The notes under the pieces: generated by a model
Database searches by the model: none
What the model saw: the letters and a program-made list of their open reading frames with translations, nothing else
What the model was told of the DNA's origin: nothing
Shown: one piece after another, positions 1-9,319 of the stretch
Position numbering within the stretch: the first letter of the stretch is position 1
How the letters are laid out: each line of letters opens with the position of its first letter
NCBI GenBank assembly: GCA_965248755.1
Contig: OZ252149.1
Span: forward strand, 2,720,001 to 2,784,000
DNA length: 64,000 bases
Direction: 5' to 3'
From: Candidatus Latescibacterota bacterium
GTDB lineage: Bacteria > Latescibacterota > CBDEFO01
Translations under genes and position numbers: made by a program

Positions 1-702
1 GTGGTGGATTTAAACGCTCTTGAGGGCGAGAAGGTCGCTGCAGAAGTGGAGAACCTGGGGCGAAGGTCATTCTTTGTGAAAACGGACGTCACAAAGAAAG
101 AAGAAGCGGCCTTAATGGTCAAAAGAGTACTCGATGAGTTCGAAACGATAGATATACTCGTAAACAGTGTGGGAGCTATGAGTAAGAGGGTGGGAATGCC
201 CTTTACTAACAACGAAGAGGAGGACTGGGATAGCATGTTTAACATCAACCTTAAGTCTCAGTTTCTCATCTGTAAGGAAGTCGTTCCACACATGATCTCC
301 CGAAGGAGCGGAAATATCATAAACATATCTTCAATAAGCGGCCCCCTCTCCAGTCAGACTAATCCCCCTTACAGCGTTGCAAAAGCGGGGATTATAACCT
401 TCACCCGGATTATGGCAAAGGACCTTGCTTCCCACAACATAAACGTGAATGCGATCTGCCCCGGAATTATCTGGACGCCTTTCTGGCTGGACCTTGCTCC
501 GTCCATAAGTAAAGCTGATCCCGAATACGCCGGCTTGGAGCCCAGAGAAGTCGTCGATAGATGGATAGAAAAGCTCGTGCCGCTTAAAAGGGAGCAGACG
601 CCCGAAGACATTGGATACCTCGCGGCTTTCCTTGCATCCAATCAGGCGAAGAATATTACAGGACAGGCGATCAACGTCGATGGCGGAATCATAATGCATT
701 AG
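1..702 (+). CDS. SDR family oxidoreductase (FabG-like), 5'-truncated at window edge
   Basis: IINISS, YxxxK (YSVAK), NAICPG and ITGQAINVDGG motifs; the N-terminal TGxxxGIG lies outside the window. Confidence 0.9.
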   Translation: MVDLNALEGEKVAAEVENLGRRSFFVKTDVTKKEEAALMVKRVLDEFETIDILVNSVGAMSKRVGMPFTNNEEEDWDSMFNINLKSQFLICKEVVPHMISRRSGNIINISSISGPLSSQTNPPYSVAKAGIITFTRIMAKDLASHNINVNAICPGIIWTPFWLDLAPSISKADPEYAGLEPREVVDRWIEKLVPLKREQTPEDIGYLAAFLASNQAKNITGQAINVDGGIIMH

Positions 703-723
703 ACTTAGACTTTCTCATTTAAA

Positions 724-1566
724 ATGTTCCGACTATTAAACGAACTGAAGGATAAGATCTGCATTCCGGGTCCCCAGGTTGATATATCTGGATTAGAGAT
801 AGATAACCTGAGGAAAAAATCAGTGGTGGTCCTCCCGGCGGGAGGAGAGGGCACCAGAATGCGTCAGCTTACAGAGGCGCAAGGTCTCCACAAAGTTGTT
901 CTGAGACCCGAAGGAGGCGAAAGCCTGATCCAAAGGATCGTCGAAATGTACAGGGATGCAGGACTGACAGAATTTGTAGCTTTGATATACTATGAGGGAG
1001 AGTCTGTAGTGAACGATTTGGGCGACGGGAGTTCGCTGGGCGTAAAGATAACTTACAGCCAAGACCCCGGAGGACCTGTAGGCAGAGGAGGAGCTATCTT
1101 AAACGCTATGGAGAATGGGATATTAGCTCAGGGCAGTACACTCATTGTGCACAATCCCGATGATCAGATAGTCCGTTATTCCGGATCGTTTCCCGATGAC
1201 ATACTCAAAGGGCACCTTCAGGGTGCAAAAGAGGGAGCTGTAGCCACGGCTGTGGTTGTGCCCGAGACTCCCTACAGCTACACGGGCTTTAAGATCGAGA
1301 GCGGAAAGATAAGACAGATCGCTGCGTATCCTCCTGTGCCGATCCCTGCGCACACAGGAGTGACCGTCCTTGGACCTGAGACATTTTCATACTTTAGAGA
1401 AATATTTGATCTTTCAAAAAAGATGGACTTTGAGCCTTATCTCTTCCCTAAACTTGTGGAGGAAGACAGACTCTATTCGGTGATCATTCCCTCCCAGTGC
1501 TGGATAGCTGTCAACGATCTTAAAGGATTAAGGGCATACCTGGAAGCTGTCGAGCGTAAAGAATGA
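724..1566 (+). CDS. Sugar-phosphate nucleotidyltransferase family protein
   Basis: VVLPAGGEGTRM signature; DGSSLGVKITYS segment typical of NTP_transferase. Confidence 0.8.
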   Translation: MFRLLNELKDKICIPGPQVDISGLEIDNLRKKSVVVLPAGGEGTRMRQLTEAQGLHKVVLRPEGGESLIQRIVEMYRDAGLTEFVALIYYEGESVVNDLGDGSSLGVKITYSQDPGGPVGRGGAILNAMENGILAQGSTLIVHNPDDQIVRYSGSFPDDILKGHLQGAKEGAVATAVVVPETPYSYTGFKIESGKIRQIAAYPPVPIPAHTGVTVLGPETFSYFREIFDLSKKMDFEPYLFPKLVEEDRLYSVIIPSQCWIAVNDLKGLRAYLEAVERKE

Positions 1567-2168
1567 GCGCAATGGAGAAGTTGAAGGAGCACCGTTTGAC
1601 GCTTCGAAATGATCCTGTAGTCCTGCGTCCGATGAGTGAGGACGATTGGGACATAGTGTTTAGGCGGAACAGCGACCCTTGAGGTTCTTTATTTCTCAGA
1701 GTATGGATGTTGTCTCCGCGGATGGAAGATGTCTCCGAGTATAGCCTTGAGCACGTATAGCGGATATATCGGTCTGTATCTTGTGACGCTTTCTGCTTCA
1801 TCATCGAGTTGGACGGTGCCCCCATCGGTGAGTGCTGGCTTCAACGGATGAATATAGAGCGGATTTTAGAGGAACACCCGGATTTGTACTGCCGCCGAAT
1901 TGACCTTTTAATCGGTGAGAAAGAGTTCTGGGGACGGGGCATCGGAACGTGTGTGATTCGCCTGTTGACAGAGTTCGGGTTTGAGAGCCAAGATGCAGAT
2001 GCGATCTTTGGTTGCGATGTGGCAGATTATAATACTCGGAGCAGAAGAGCATTTCAAACGGCCGGCTTTGAAATCTATTCTATCCAGAAGCAGGATCCCA
2101 GAAGTAAGGCAAACTGTTGCTGTGATTTGGTTTTTCGGAAAGAAAAGTGTCGCCAGAATCACACTTAA
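1563..2168 (+). pseudogene. GNAT (RimJ/AAC(6')-like) N-acetyltransferase pseudogene
   Basis: LRPMSEDDWD...DP at the start and IDLLIGEKEFWGRGIG...N.RS.RAF...GF at the end; TGA at 1680-1682 and TAG at 1758-1760 in frame; the expected EVLYFSE segment is in the +1 frame. Confidence 0.75.
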
Positions 2169-2282
2169 GCTCAATTTTTCTTCTTGCCCTTTGCGTTTTG
2201 GATATTCGTATAGGACAGTCGTATCAAGATCAGCAAAAACTTGGGAACTTTTGTCTCTCCAATCTGTCTTAAGGGGTGGCCA

Positions 2283-2918
2283 ATGTCGATCAAGAAAAAA
2301 TCCAACAATACCATGGAATCGAAGGTTTACAACGAGCATTCCGTCCCGGACTCGGAACTCCTATCCAGAGTTATAGACGGAGACTTAGCCGCTTTTGATG
2401 TGCTCGTAGATCGGTATAAGGCGAGGCTCTTAAACTTTGTCTTTCGGTTCATCGGAGACAAAGAAGTGGCCGAAGACATAGTCCAGGAGACCTTCTTGAG
2501 GGCCTATAGAAAACGGACACAGTACGAAGCCATAGCCAACTTCTCCACGTGGCTTTTTACCATCGCGGGTAATTTAGCCAAGACCGAATTAAGACGGCGC
2601 AAAAGGTGGAGATTACTGTCTTTAGACTGGAACGATGAGACACAGACGGGCTTCGATATAGCTGACGAGTCTTACCGCCCCGACAGGGTAATCGAATCCG
2701 AGCTCATTCAGTGGAGCATACAGAGGGCAATCGATTCCCTGCCTCTGAACTACAAACAGGTAGTCATCCTGCGCGACATTGACGGAATGTCTTATCAGGA
2801 CATAGCCAAGATCGTAGGCTGCCCTGTAGGAACCGTAAAGTCCAGGGTAAATAGAGGAAGACTCAGACTTCAGAAGAAACTCAAGGCAGAGGGTAAGGAC
2901 ATAGGGATAGACTTCTAG
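2283..2918 (+). CDS. ECF RNA polymerase sigma factor (sigma-24/RpoE-like)
   Basis: AEDIVQETFLRA, FSTWLFTIA, MSYQDIA...PVGTVKSRVNRGR; ATG 2283 follows a purine-rich AAGGGG. Confidence 0.93.
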   Translation: MSIKKKSNNTMESKVYNEHSVPDSELLSRVIDGDLAAFDVLVDRYKARLLNFVFRFIGDKEVAEDIVQETFLRAYRKRTQYEAIANFSTWLFTIAGNLAKTELRRRKRWRLLSLDWNDETQTGFDIADESYRPDRVIESELIQWSIQRAIDSLPLNYKQVVILRDIDGMSYQDIAKIVGCPVGTVKSRVNRGRLRLQKKLKAEGKDIGIDF

Positions 2919-2945
2919 CGCGCAAAAAGGAGGAAATGTAGGAAA

Positions 2946-3530
2946 ATGGACTGCAAGTTCTTTGAGAAGAAGATGGCTGACTACCTGGAAGGAAACTTGA
3001 GCCAGGTAGAGGCCGAAGAGACACAAAGGCATCTGTCTTCGTGCCAGGCATGTTCCCAGAAGTTCAAAACTGTTAGGAACATCAGATACGCCCTCAAGAA
3101 TTTGAGGCGCATTCACCCCTCAATCGGCTTTAATTTTGCCCTTCACAATAGAATTAAGCGTGAGATAAGAAAGCGTAGACCCCCGATTGAATCTATCGGA
3201 AGGGGATTTACCGTGCGACATTTTTCATCTCACCTTGTATCCATCCGCGCTCTTGCCTTTCTGTCTGTTGCAGTTATAGCTTTAGCTATCGTCTTTTTAA
3301 CAAGAACGGACTCTGTGGTCAACAGCAACGCTATCCTTGAGACCTCCGACGCTAAAGAAATCCCGTCAGACTCTCAGATGTCCGCAGGTTCTGCTAACTA
3401 TGTTCTTAAAATAGTAGGGCCCCTGGATAAGTTAGGGCATGTCACTAAACGTGCCAAGGCCCCTGCAAGGTCGGTGGAGCCACCGCATCCACATCATCAG
3501 ACTACGACTGTGAAATACGTCACATTTTAG
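2946..3530 (+). CDS. Zinc-binding (ZAS/zf-HC2) membrane-anchored anti-sigma factor
   Basis: HLSSCQAC (HxxxCxxC), one TM helix, directly downstream of the ECF sigma, AGGAGG RBS. Confidence 0.85.
   Translation: MDCKFFEKKMADYLEGNLSQVEAEETQRHLSSCQACSQKFKTVRNIRYALKNLRRIHPSIGFNFALHNRIKREIRKRRPPIESIGRGFTVRHFSSHLVSIRALAFLSVAVIALAIVFLTRTDSVVNSNAILETSDAKEIPSDSQMSAGSANYVLKIVGPLDKLGHVTKRAKAPARSVEPPHPHHQTTTVKYVTF
3175..3211. repeat. Palindromic element (core CCGATTGAATCTATCGG) inside the anti-sigma ORF
   Basis: The 17-mer at 3183-3199 is identical to the core of the intergenic palindrome at 26131-26153; flanked by GTAGACCCCC / GGGGATTTAC imperfect inverted arms. Confidence 0.75.
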
Positions 3531-3563
3531 CTTCTGTGGTATCTCGTAAGAAAGACGCACGCA

Positions 3564-4686
3564 ATGACTTCCTATTGTCGTAAGAAAGCCTTACTTTTTC
3601 CCTCCGCTCCCCCAAAAGTTCCCCGATATTTCTTGAGAGTCTCTGTCCTTTTCCTTTCGATCTTCTCATTTGTGTTCTGGTTTGTGCTCTGGGCAAACTT
3701 TCCGGTCCACGCCCAGGAGAACATCCTTGCCAAATTAGAAATGGAGATCTCCTCTATGGTTGAAAAAGTAGGTCCCTCCGTAGTCAGCGTCCGCACTCAG
3801 AGAATAAGACGCGTCGATTGGCTGTCCAGACTCAGACAGGGCATCTTCAAAAGAAACAGCGTAGAATGGCAGATAGATTTGGGTACAGGCGTGGCCCTGG
3901 ACTCAACAGGGCACATCCTGACGACACAAGACGTCGTCTACGGAGCCGAAGATCGAAATTATATCTTCCTCAGGCCGCATACGGAAAGCCTATCTTGTGG
4001 GTTCGGATAAGGATTCTGACATCGCTGTCCTCAGGGTAGAAGAAACCAGATTCCAATCGGTCGAATTAGGAGACTCTGACAACCTTCGCCCCGGACAGTG
4101 GGCCATTATCATGGGAAACTCCCTGGGCGTGCGGGGGACCTCATTAGGGATAGTAAACGGACAGAATGAAAGGACAGGACTCATCTACCTGACTGCCAGG
4201 GCCTGTCCCGGAAACAGCGGAGCCCCTGTTTTTGATAGCCGAGGAAGAGTCATCGGAATAGTTGTAGCTGCTATTTCCAACGGCGATATCGAATCCGAGA
4301 ACAGATATTCCGCCACCTCCGTTCATCCCTTGAGCTTAGCCGTTCCGATCAACACCGCCAGTAAAGCAGCCCTGGAGTTGATAGGGAAAAAGCGCCCGGA
4401 AGGCTGGCTGGGCATCACAGGATCAAGCAGTCTGGATAAAGTTCAAGGGCTCGTTGTGACCTCTGTTGAGGAAGGAAGCCCCGCTTATGCAGCCGGAATA
4501 AGGAGCAAAGACGTCATGCTTGCATACAACGGACGCGAGATAGATGACATCTGGGAGCTTATGCGAAGAGTTAAACGCACTTCCCCGGGCAAGAGCGTAA
4601 AACTAAAGGTGTTAAGAGGAACGCAAGAGATGTGGATAGACGTTAAGATGGGAAGCAGGGCAAAAACAGTAGACAGCAAACAGTAG
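3564..4686 (+). pseudogene. HtrA/DegP-like trypsin-PDZ protein split by a frameshift near 3948-3951
   Basis: ORF 3564-4010 has a signal/TM and GTGVALD..GHILTT; the shifted frame continues KIEIISSSGRIRKAYLVGSDKDSDIAVL...PGNSGAP and a PDZ domain; could also be a sequencing error. Confidence 0.75.
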
Positions 4687-4699
4687 TTAGTAGACAGGG
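4667..4699 (+). repeat. CAGTAGA/CAGCAAA heptamer repeat overlapping the stop codon
   Basis: CAGTAGACAGCAAACAGTAG (4667-4686) equals the reverse complement of 48615-48634. Confidence 0.8.
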
Positions 4700-5024
4700 A
4701 AAGGTAAAATTCAGTTTGATACAGACGTAATGCTGATGCTCTTCCCCTTAGGGCTCTTGTGAACTGTCCCACTAACCCCCGTAGAACTTCTGATCGGGAG
4801 GAGTTTGACGACTGATGACAACCATCCCCGCATCCCCGCCATTCTCCCGCCCTGCTCTCCAACCGGCACCGCACTTGAGATCAAAGCATGCGAGACTATC
4901 GATACCCAGCTTATAGCCGTTGTCCACTGGGGAAGTTAAAGAGTGTCGAAGATTACGCCTGAAGGGGAGGTAGTAGTAGGTAAGTGAAAATTACTTAGTG
5001 AAAGCTGAATGGAGATGATAGTGT

Positions 5025-5912
5025 ATGATGTTATTTTCTCAAAGAAAAGGTATTAAGGTCAAAAATGTCTTACAGGTTGATTCTATGGATAACGAGTTGA
5101 GAACTCGCTTGTGGAATAATTTGACAGTTTTTTACTGGGATAGGGTAAGAGAAGATACTCCTAGTATTACTGGTTATGGTAATCGTCCATGCGCGCGTCT
5201 CTCTTCTGATATTAACAAAGAAATGAATATCTTGATTAGACGATTATGGCACAACTGTCTTAAGTGGCCCATCGATGCTTTAGAGGACGATTGGTCTGAT
5301 GCTCACCAAGAAGTAAGAAAACATTTCTTTAATTGCGAATGGTACGACGTTTATGATTTTATAGAATTTATTGCCAATAATCACCTACCCTCTTCCAGCA
5401 CTCTACACTCTGAGTTTATGGACGCTTGTAATTCTGTTTTGGAACAGGAATCATCCGCATATCGTTTTGTGGGAGGGAAGATTGCAGAGATAATATCAGA
5501 AGAAGAAATCGCTGAAATAGAAGAGGCGTTACAGACCCCAATAAAAGCTGTTAATATCCACATAGAGACAGCACTGGACTTACTTGCGGACAGAAAATCC
5601 CCCGATTATAGAAATTCTATTAAAGAATCTATAAGTGCTGTCGAGGCAATTTGCAAGTTAATAGCCAAGGACCCCAAAGCGACGTTAGGGAATGCCCTAA
5701 AAGGAATAGAAAGCAAAGTAGGGCTACATCCTGCTTTCAAAAATGCGCTTGATAATCTGTATGGATATGCAAGTAATGAACAAGGAATACGTCATAGTTT
5801 ACTGGACGAACCTAATTTGGATTCTGAAGATGCGAGGTTTATGTTAGTTTCCTGTTCAGCATTTGTCAACTATCTTATATCAAAATCATCAAAAGCAGGA
5901 ATCAAGTTGTGA
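5025..5912 (+). CDS. AbiJ-NTD4-like protein with putative C-terminal HEPN-like domain
   Basis: FSQRKG N-terminus, WYDVYDFIEF, DYRNSIKESISAVEA, LYGYAS..QGIRH recalled as typical of this family; visibly AT-rich. Confidence 0.7.
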   Translation: MMLFSQRKGIKVKNVLQVDSMDNELRTRLWNNLTVFYWDRVREDTPSITGYGNRPCARLSSDINKEMNILIRRLWHNCLKWPIDALEDDWSDAHQEVRKHFFNCEWYDVYDFIEFIANNHLPSSSTLHSEFMDACNSVLEQESSAYRFVGGKIAEIISEEEIAEIEEALQTPIKAVNIHIETALDLLADRKSPDYRNSIKESISAVEAICKLIAKDPKATLGNALKGIESKVGLHPAFKNALDNLYGYASNEQGIRHSLLDEPNLDSEDARFMLVSCSAFVNYLISKSSKAGIKL

Positions 5913-6029
5913 GCTTGTACGGTAGAAAGGTCTTCCATTCAAACTTGTCTATGCTATCATTTACTCTCACAAAAAGGATCTCTGAAAAACCCTCGAAAAT
6001 CTGAGTTTATAGGACCTTGATTTCTTAGA

Positions 6030-8150
6030 TTACCCCTCTGCCGGCATAAAGTCTATCTGCTTTGATCTTCTGTCAGCTCTTACTACCTGAACTCTAAGTC
6101 TGTCGCCCAGGCGATACTTTTTTCCTGTGTGGCGTCCCACGAGCATATAACTGCGGTCGTCGAAGTTGTAGTAGTCGTCCTCCAATATCCTTACATGGAT
6201 CAATCCCTCTACCATAAAGTCCTCTAATTCCACATAAAGGCCATAGGGTTTAACATCCGACACGATGCCCCAGTATTCCTCTCCTAACCTCTCCTCCATA
6301 AACTCAATCTGTTTGATCTTTACAGAATCCCTTTCCGCCTCTGTGGCGTCCTGTTCCCTTTGCGAGGCTATGTGAGATATCGAGGGGAGGTGCTCTACAA
6401 GTTCCTCTCTCCTTTCATCACCTAATTTTCCAGTTTGGCAATCTTTCAGGATTCTGTGAATTATCAGGTCGGGGTATCTCCTTATGGGAGACGTAAAGTG
6501 CGAGTAGGATCTATATGCCAGTCCGAAGTGCCCGATGTTCACGTGAGAATATAGAGCCAACTTCATTGAGCGTAGGAGTAGCTTAAAGATCAGATTCGCC
6601 CCCTTCTTCCCTTCTACCCTCTTGAGGAAGCCCTGCACGTATCCGGGGGTAATTTTGTCTTTGAGCTTGAAATTATATCCCAGGGACTTCATAAAGGTTG
6701 CAAAGTCTTCCAATTTGGTCTCATCGGGACTGTCGTGGACGCGGTAGATGAACGGGAGGTTCAAACTTTCGGCGTGCTCTGCCACTACACTATTGGCCAG
6801 TAACATAAACTCCTCGATCAGTCTGTGCGAGTCGAGACGCTCTACTTTCCGAATATCGAGGGGTTTTCCGCCTTCGTCCAGGATTACCTTGGCTTCGGGA
6901 AGATCGAAATCTATAGAGCCGCGGCCTTCTCTTTTTGCGATGAGAATCTTGCTCAGACTTTGCATAGCACAAAGATGCTCTTTAAGCCCTAATGCCTTTG
7001 AGCCTGCATTGTCGTCATCTCCGACGATCGCCGCCTGTGTCTGCTGGTAGGTCAGTCTAGCGCGGCTTTTTATCACCGACTCCACTATCTGGTAGTCTTG
7101 AACGTCCCCTGCCCCGTCCAACTCCAAAAGCACGCTCATTGTCAGGCGGTCTTCATCTGGTCTCAGGCTGCATACATCGTTGGAGAGATTCTCCGGAAGC
7201 ATCGGGATAACCCTGTCCACCAAATAGACGCTTGTCCCTCGGGCAAGGGCCTCCTGGTCTAATGGACTTTTCTCTTTGACGTAGTAGCTTACATCGGCGA
7301 TGTGGACTCCCAAGAGAAAATTTCCGTTCTCTTTTATCTCCAGCGAGACCGCATCGTCGAAGTCCCTGGCGTCTTCCGGGTCTATAGTAAAGCATACTAT
7401 GTCTCTTAAGTCGGTGCGCCTTTCTATCTCTTCGGGAGGTATCTTCAGGGGTATCTTCTCAGCGTCTTCCAGCACATCGTCGGGAAAATCTATTGGGAGG
7501 CCGTGCCCTTTGATTATGGAGAGGATATCCAAGCCAGGATCTTCAGGATAGCCAAGAACTTCGCTGATTTTTCCTTCGGGATTTAAGTGCGGCGATTCCC
7601 AGTTGACGATCTTTGCGACGACCTTCTGTCCTTCCTTTGCTCCCTTTGCGTCCTGAGGGGCGATGTAGATATCCCTTGTGATCTTGGGATCGTCCGGATC
7701 GACGAATCCGAAGCTCTTGTGCCTTCTGTATGTCCCGACTAAAGATTTGAGGGCGCGCTCCAACACCCGAATGACCTTTCCTTCAGGGGCCTTTCGGCGT
7801 GCTCCACTCCTGTGCAGTTTGACGACTACCCTGTCTCTGTGGAGCGCTGTACCCATATTAATGGCATCCACGAAGATGTCGGATCCTTCCGTCTCCCGCG
7901 TTACAAATCCTGATCCGCTCTGGGTTATAGACAGCCTTCCCGTCACAAGGTTCAGATTTTCCGGCGAACCGTAGCGGCCTCCCCTCAAACGAACAAGTTC
8001 GCCTTCCCTTTCAAGTTCTCTGATCGATCTCCTGAAAGCTCCGTAGTCGGACCCCGGTATGCGCATCGCCTTGAAGAGCTCCCTCATCTTAATGGGACGA
8101 TGAGCCATATCTTTGATGTAGTTGAGTATGTCCTCTCTCAATATGCGCAT
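6030..8150 (-). CDS. rnr: Ribonuclease R
   Basis: N-terminal HTH and cold-shock domains, RNB motifs FTIDPEDARDFDDA and HFTSPIRRYPDL, C-terminal S1. Confidence 0.96.
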   Translation of the reverse strand: MRILREDILNYIKDMAHRPIKMRELFKAMRIPGSDYGAFRRSIRELEREGELVRLRGGRYGSPENLNLVTGRLSITQSGSGFVTRETEGSDIFVDAINMGTALHRDRVVVKLHRSGARRKAPEGKVIRVLERALKSLVGTYRRHKSFGFVDPDDPKITRDIYIAPQDAKGAKEGQKVVAKIVNWESPHLNPEGKISEVLGYPEDPGLDILSIIKGHGLPIDFPDDVLEDAEKIPLKIPPEEIERRTDLRDIVCFTIDPEDARDFDDAVSLEIKENGNFLLGVHIADVSYYVKEKSPLDQEALARGTSVYLVDRVIPMLPENLSNDVCSLRPDEDRLTMSVLLELDGAGDVQDYQIVESVIKSRARLTYQQTQAAIVGDDDNAGSKALGLKEHLCAMQSLSKILIAKREGRGSIDFDLPEAKVILDEGGKPLDIRKVERLDSHRLIEEFMLLANSVVAEHAESLNLPFIYRVHDSPDETKLEDFATFMKSLGYNFKLKDKITPGYVQGFLKRVEGKKGANLIFKLLLRSMKLALYSHVNIGHFGLAYRSYSHFTSPIRRYPDLIIHRILKDCQTGKLGDERREELVEHLPSISHIASQREQDATEAERDSVKIKQIEFMEERLGEEYWGIVSDVKPYGLYVELEDFMVEGLIHVRILEDDYYNFDDRSYMLVGRHTGKKYRLGDRLRVQVVRADRRSKQIDFMPAEG

Positions 8151-8176
8151 AGGTCATAATAGTCTGGTGAAATTAC

Positions 8177-8297
8177 GAGGTTGCTTCCGCCCGATAGATT
8201 CATTCGGGGCGCTCGCAATGACTGTTTACGTGTGTCGTTCAACTGCTTGACTTCGACCCTGGGTCATTGCGAGAGGCGTTCGCCCTGAAGCAATCTC
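8177..8297. repeat. REP-like inverted doublet (GAGRTTGCTTC...CTCGCAATGAC / GTCATTGCGAG...GAAGCAATCTC)
   Basis: Two inverted units; the first carries an internal CCCGATAGATTCATTCGGGG palindrome; sister copy at 26066-26168. Confidence 0.8.
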
Positions 8298-8469
8298 ACC
8301 TATCTTCTGACTCGACATATCCGACAAGTTTTGTCAAGCTACTTGGTTTAAGTCGGTTCTATAGTAAAGATGAATCCCAAGTTGGATATATGTCAAGGCA
8401 AAAGTTCCCTGATTTGATTGTTTTCTTCCTTCTGCGTCAGCACGAGTTGATAGCAAATAACAAAAAGTC

Positions 8470-8498
8470 TTGACATATAGAAGTTTTATCGTTAACTT
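8470..8498 (+). promoter_or_regulatory. Putative sigma70 promoter
   Basis: TTGACA (8470-8475), 17-nt spacer, TAACTT, upstream of the creatininase-family gene. Confidence 0.5.
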
Positions 8499-8599
8499 AA
8501 GCGGCGGACAAGGTCGGAAGTCTATGGATCAAAACATACCTTCTGGATAACCCCATGGGCCATTTTCCGATATGTTCCCTCCGGATGAAAGGAAATCTA

Positions 8600-9280
8600 T
8601 TGCCAAACAAAAATGTGTTTTTAGGAGAACTGACGCGAAAAGAACTCAACGAAGCGATCTCGGGCGGTGTGATTAAGGGGGCGATTGTCCCGACAGGCGC
8701 CTGCGAACAACACCAAGATCACCTCGCCATGATCCATGACACTGTCAGCGTCACAGAAATTGCTAAGCGAGTTGCGATGAACTTTTACCCGCACGTTTTG
8801 GTCACGCCGACTGTTTCAATGTCAGTTTCAGAACATCACATGGATCGCGGGGGTGCGTTGACGATACGCCCTCAGATTCATCTGGAATATGTCCATGATG
8901 TCTGCCACAGTCTGAAACGACTCGGTGTTCCCAAGGTCTGTGTGCTCAACGGCCATGGCGGAAATATGCGAACGAGCCTGGAACCTGTTGCGCCTTTAGA
9001 GATGAAAAAGTTAGACGAACTCGGGGTCACCTACTTGACATACTGGCATGTCTGTCCGGAATCCCTTTTTGAAACGTATCTGGAATCGGATCGGGATGCG
9101 GGACACGCCGGGGAGTTTGAGACCTCCTTTGCGATGATCGCTTTCCCGCAGCGTATCCGTTCCGATCAGATCACCTACAACAGCGCGAAACTCGCAACGA
9201 TTCCCAAAGGCGGACACATCCTCAGTGCTGTCGTTGAAGGAGTCACGGCACGAGTTTCAGAGATGCTCGATGAAACGTAG
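8600..9280 (+). CDS. Creatininase / mycofactocin MftE-like amidohydrolase family protein
   Basis: PTGACEQH..HL...HD, SEHH, LNGHGGN, HAGEFETS motifs; TTG start after GAAAGGA chosen (ORF open from 8555). Confidence 0.88.
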   Translation: MPNKNVFLGELTRKELNEAISGGVIKGAIVPTGACEQHQDHLAMIHDTVSVTEIAKRVAMNFYPHVLVTPTVSMSVSEHHMDRGGALTIRPQIHLEYVHDVCHSLKRLGVPKVCVLNGHGGNMRTSLEPVAPLEMKKLDELGVTYLTYWHVCPESLFETYLESDRDAGHAGEFETSFAMIAFPQRIRSDQITYNSAKLATIPKGGHILSAVVEGVTARVSEMLDET

Positions 9281-9319
9281 TTAGCACGTTACGCCACTTT
9301 AAGTGCTTTGGAGATATAT

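Noticed and set aside
1680..1760. Selenocysteine or pyrrolysine recoding of in-frame TGA/TAG (also the TAG at 42223)
   Set aside because: The TGA arises from a frameshift, the TAGs replace ordinary Q/W codons by single changes, other decay is present, and no sel or pyl genes are seen here.
4700..5020. Gene in the spacer before the AbiJ-like ORF (ORF 4485-4874 minus)
   Set aside because: No recognisable motifs in any frame I translated, and it overlaps the HtrA-like gene; possibly decayed DNA.
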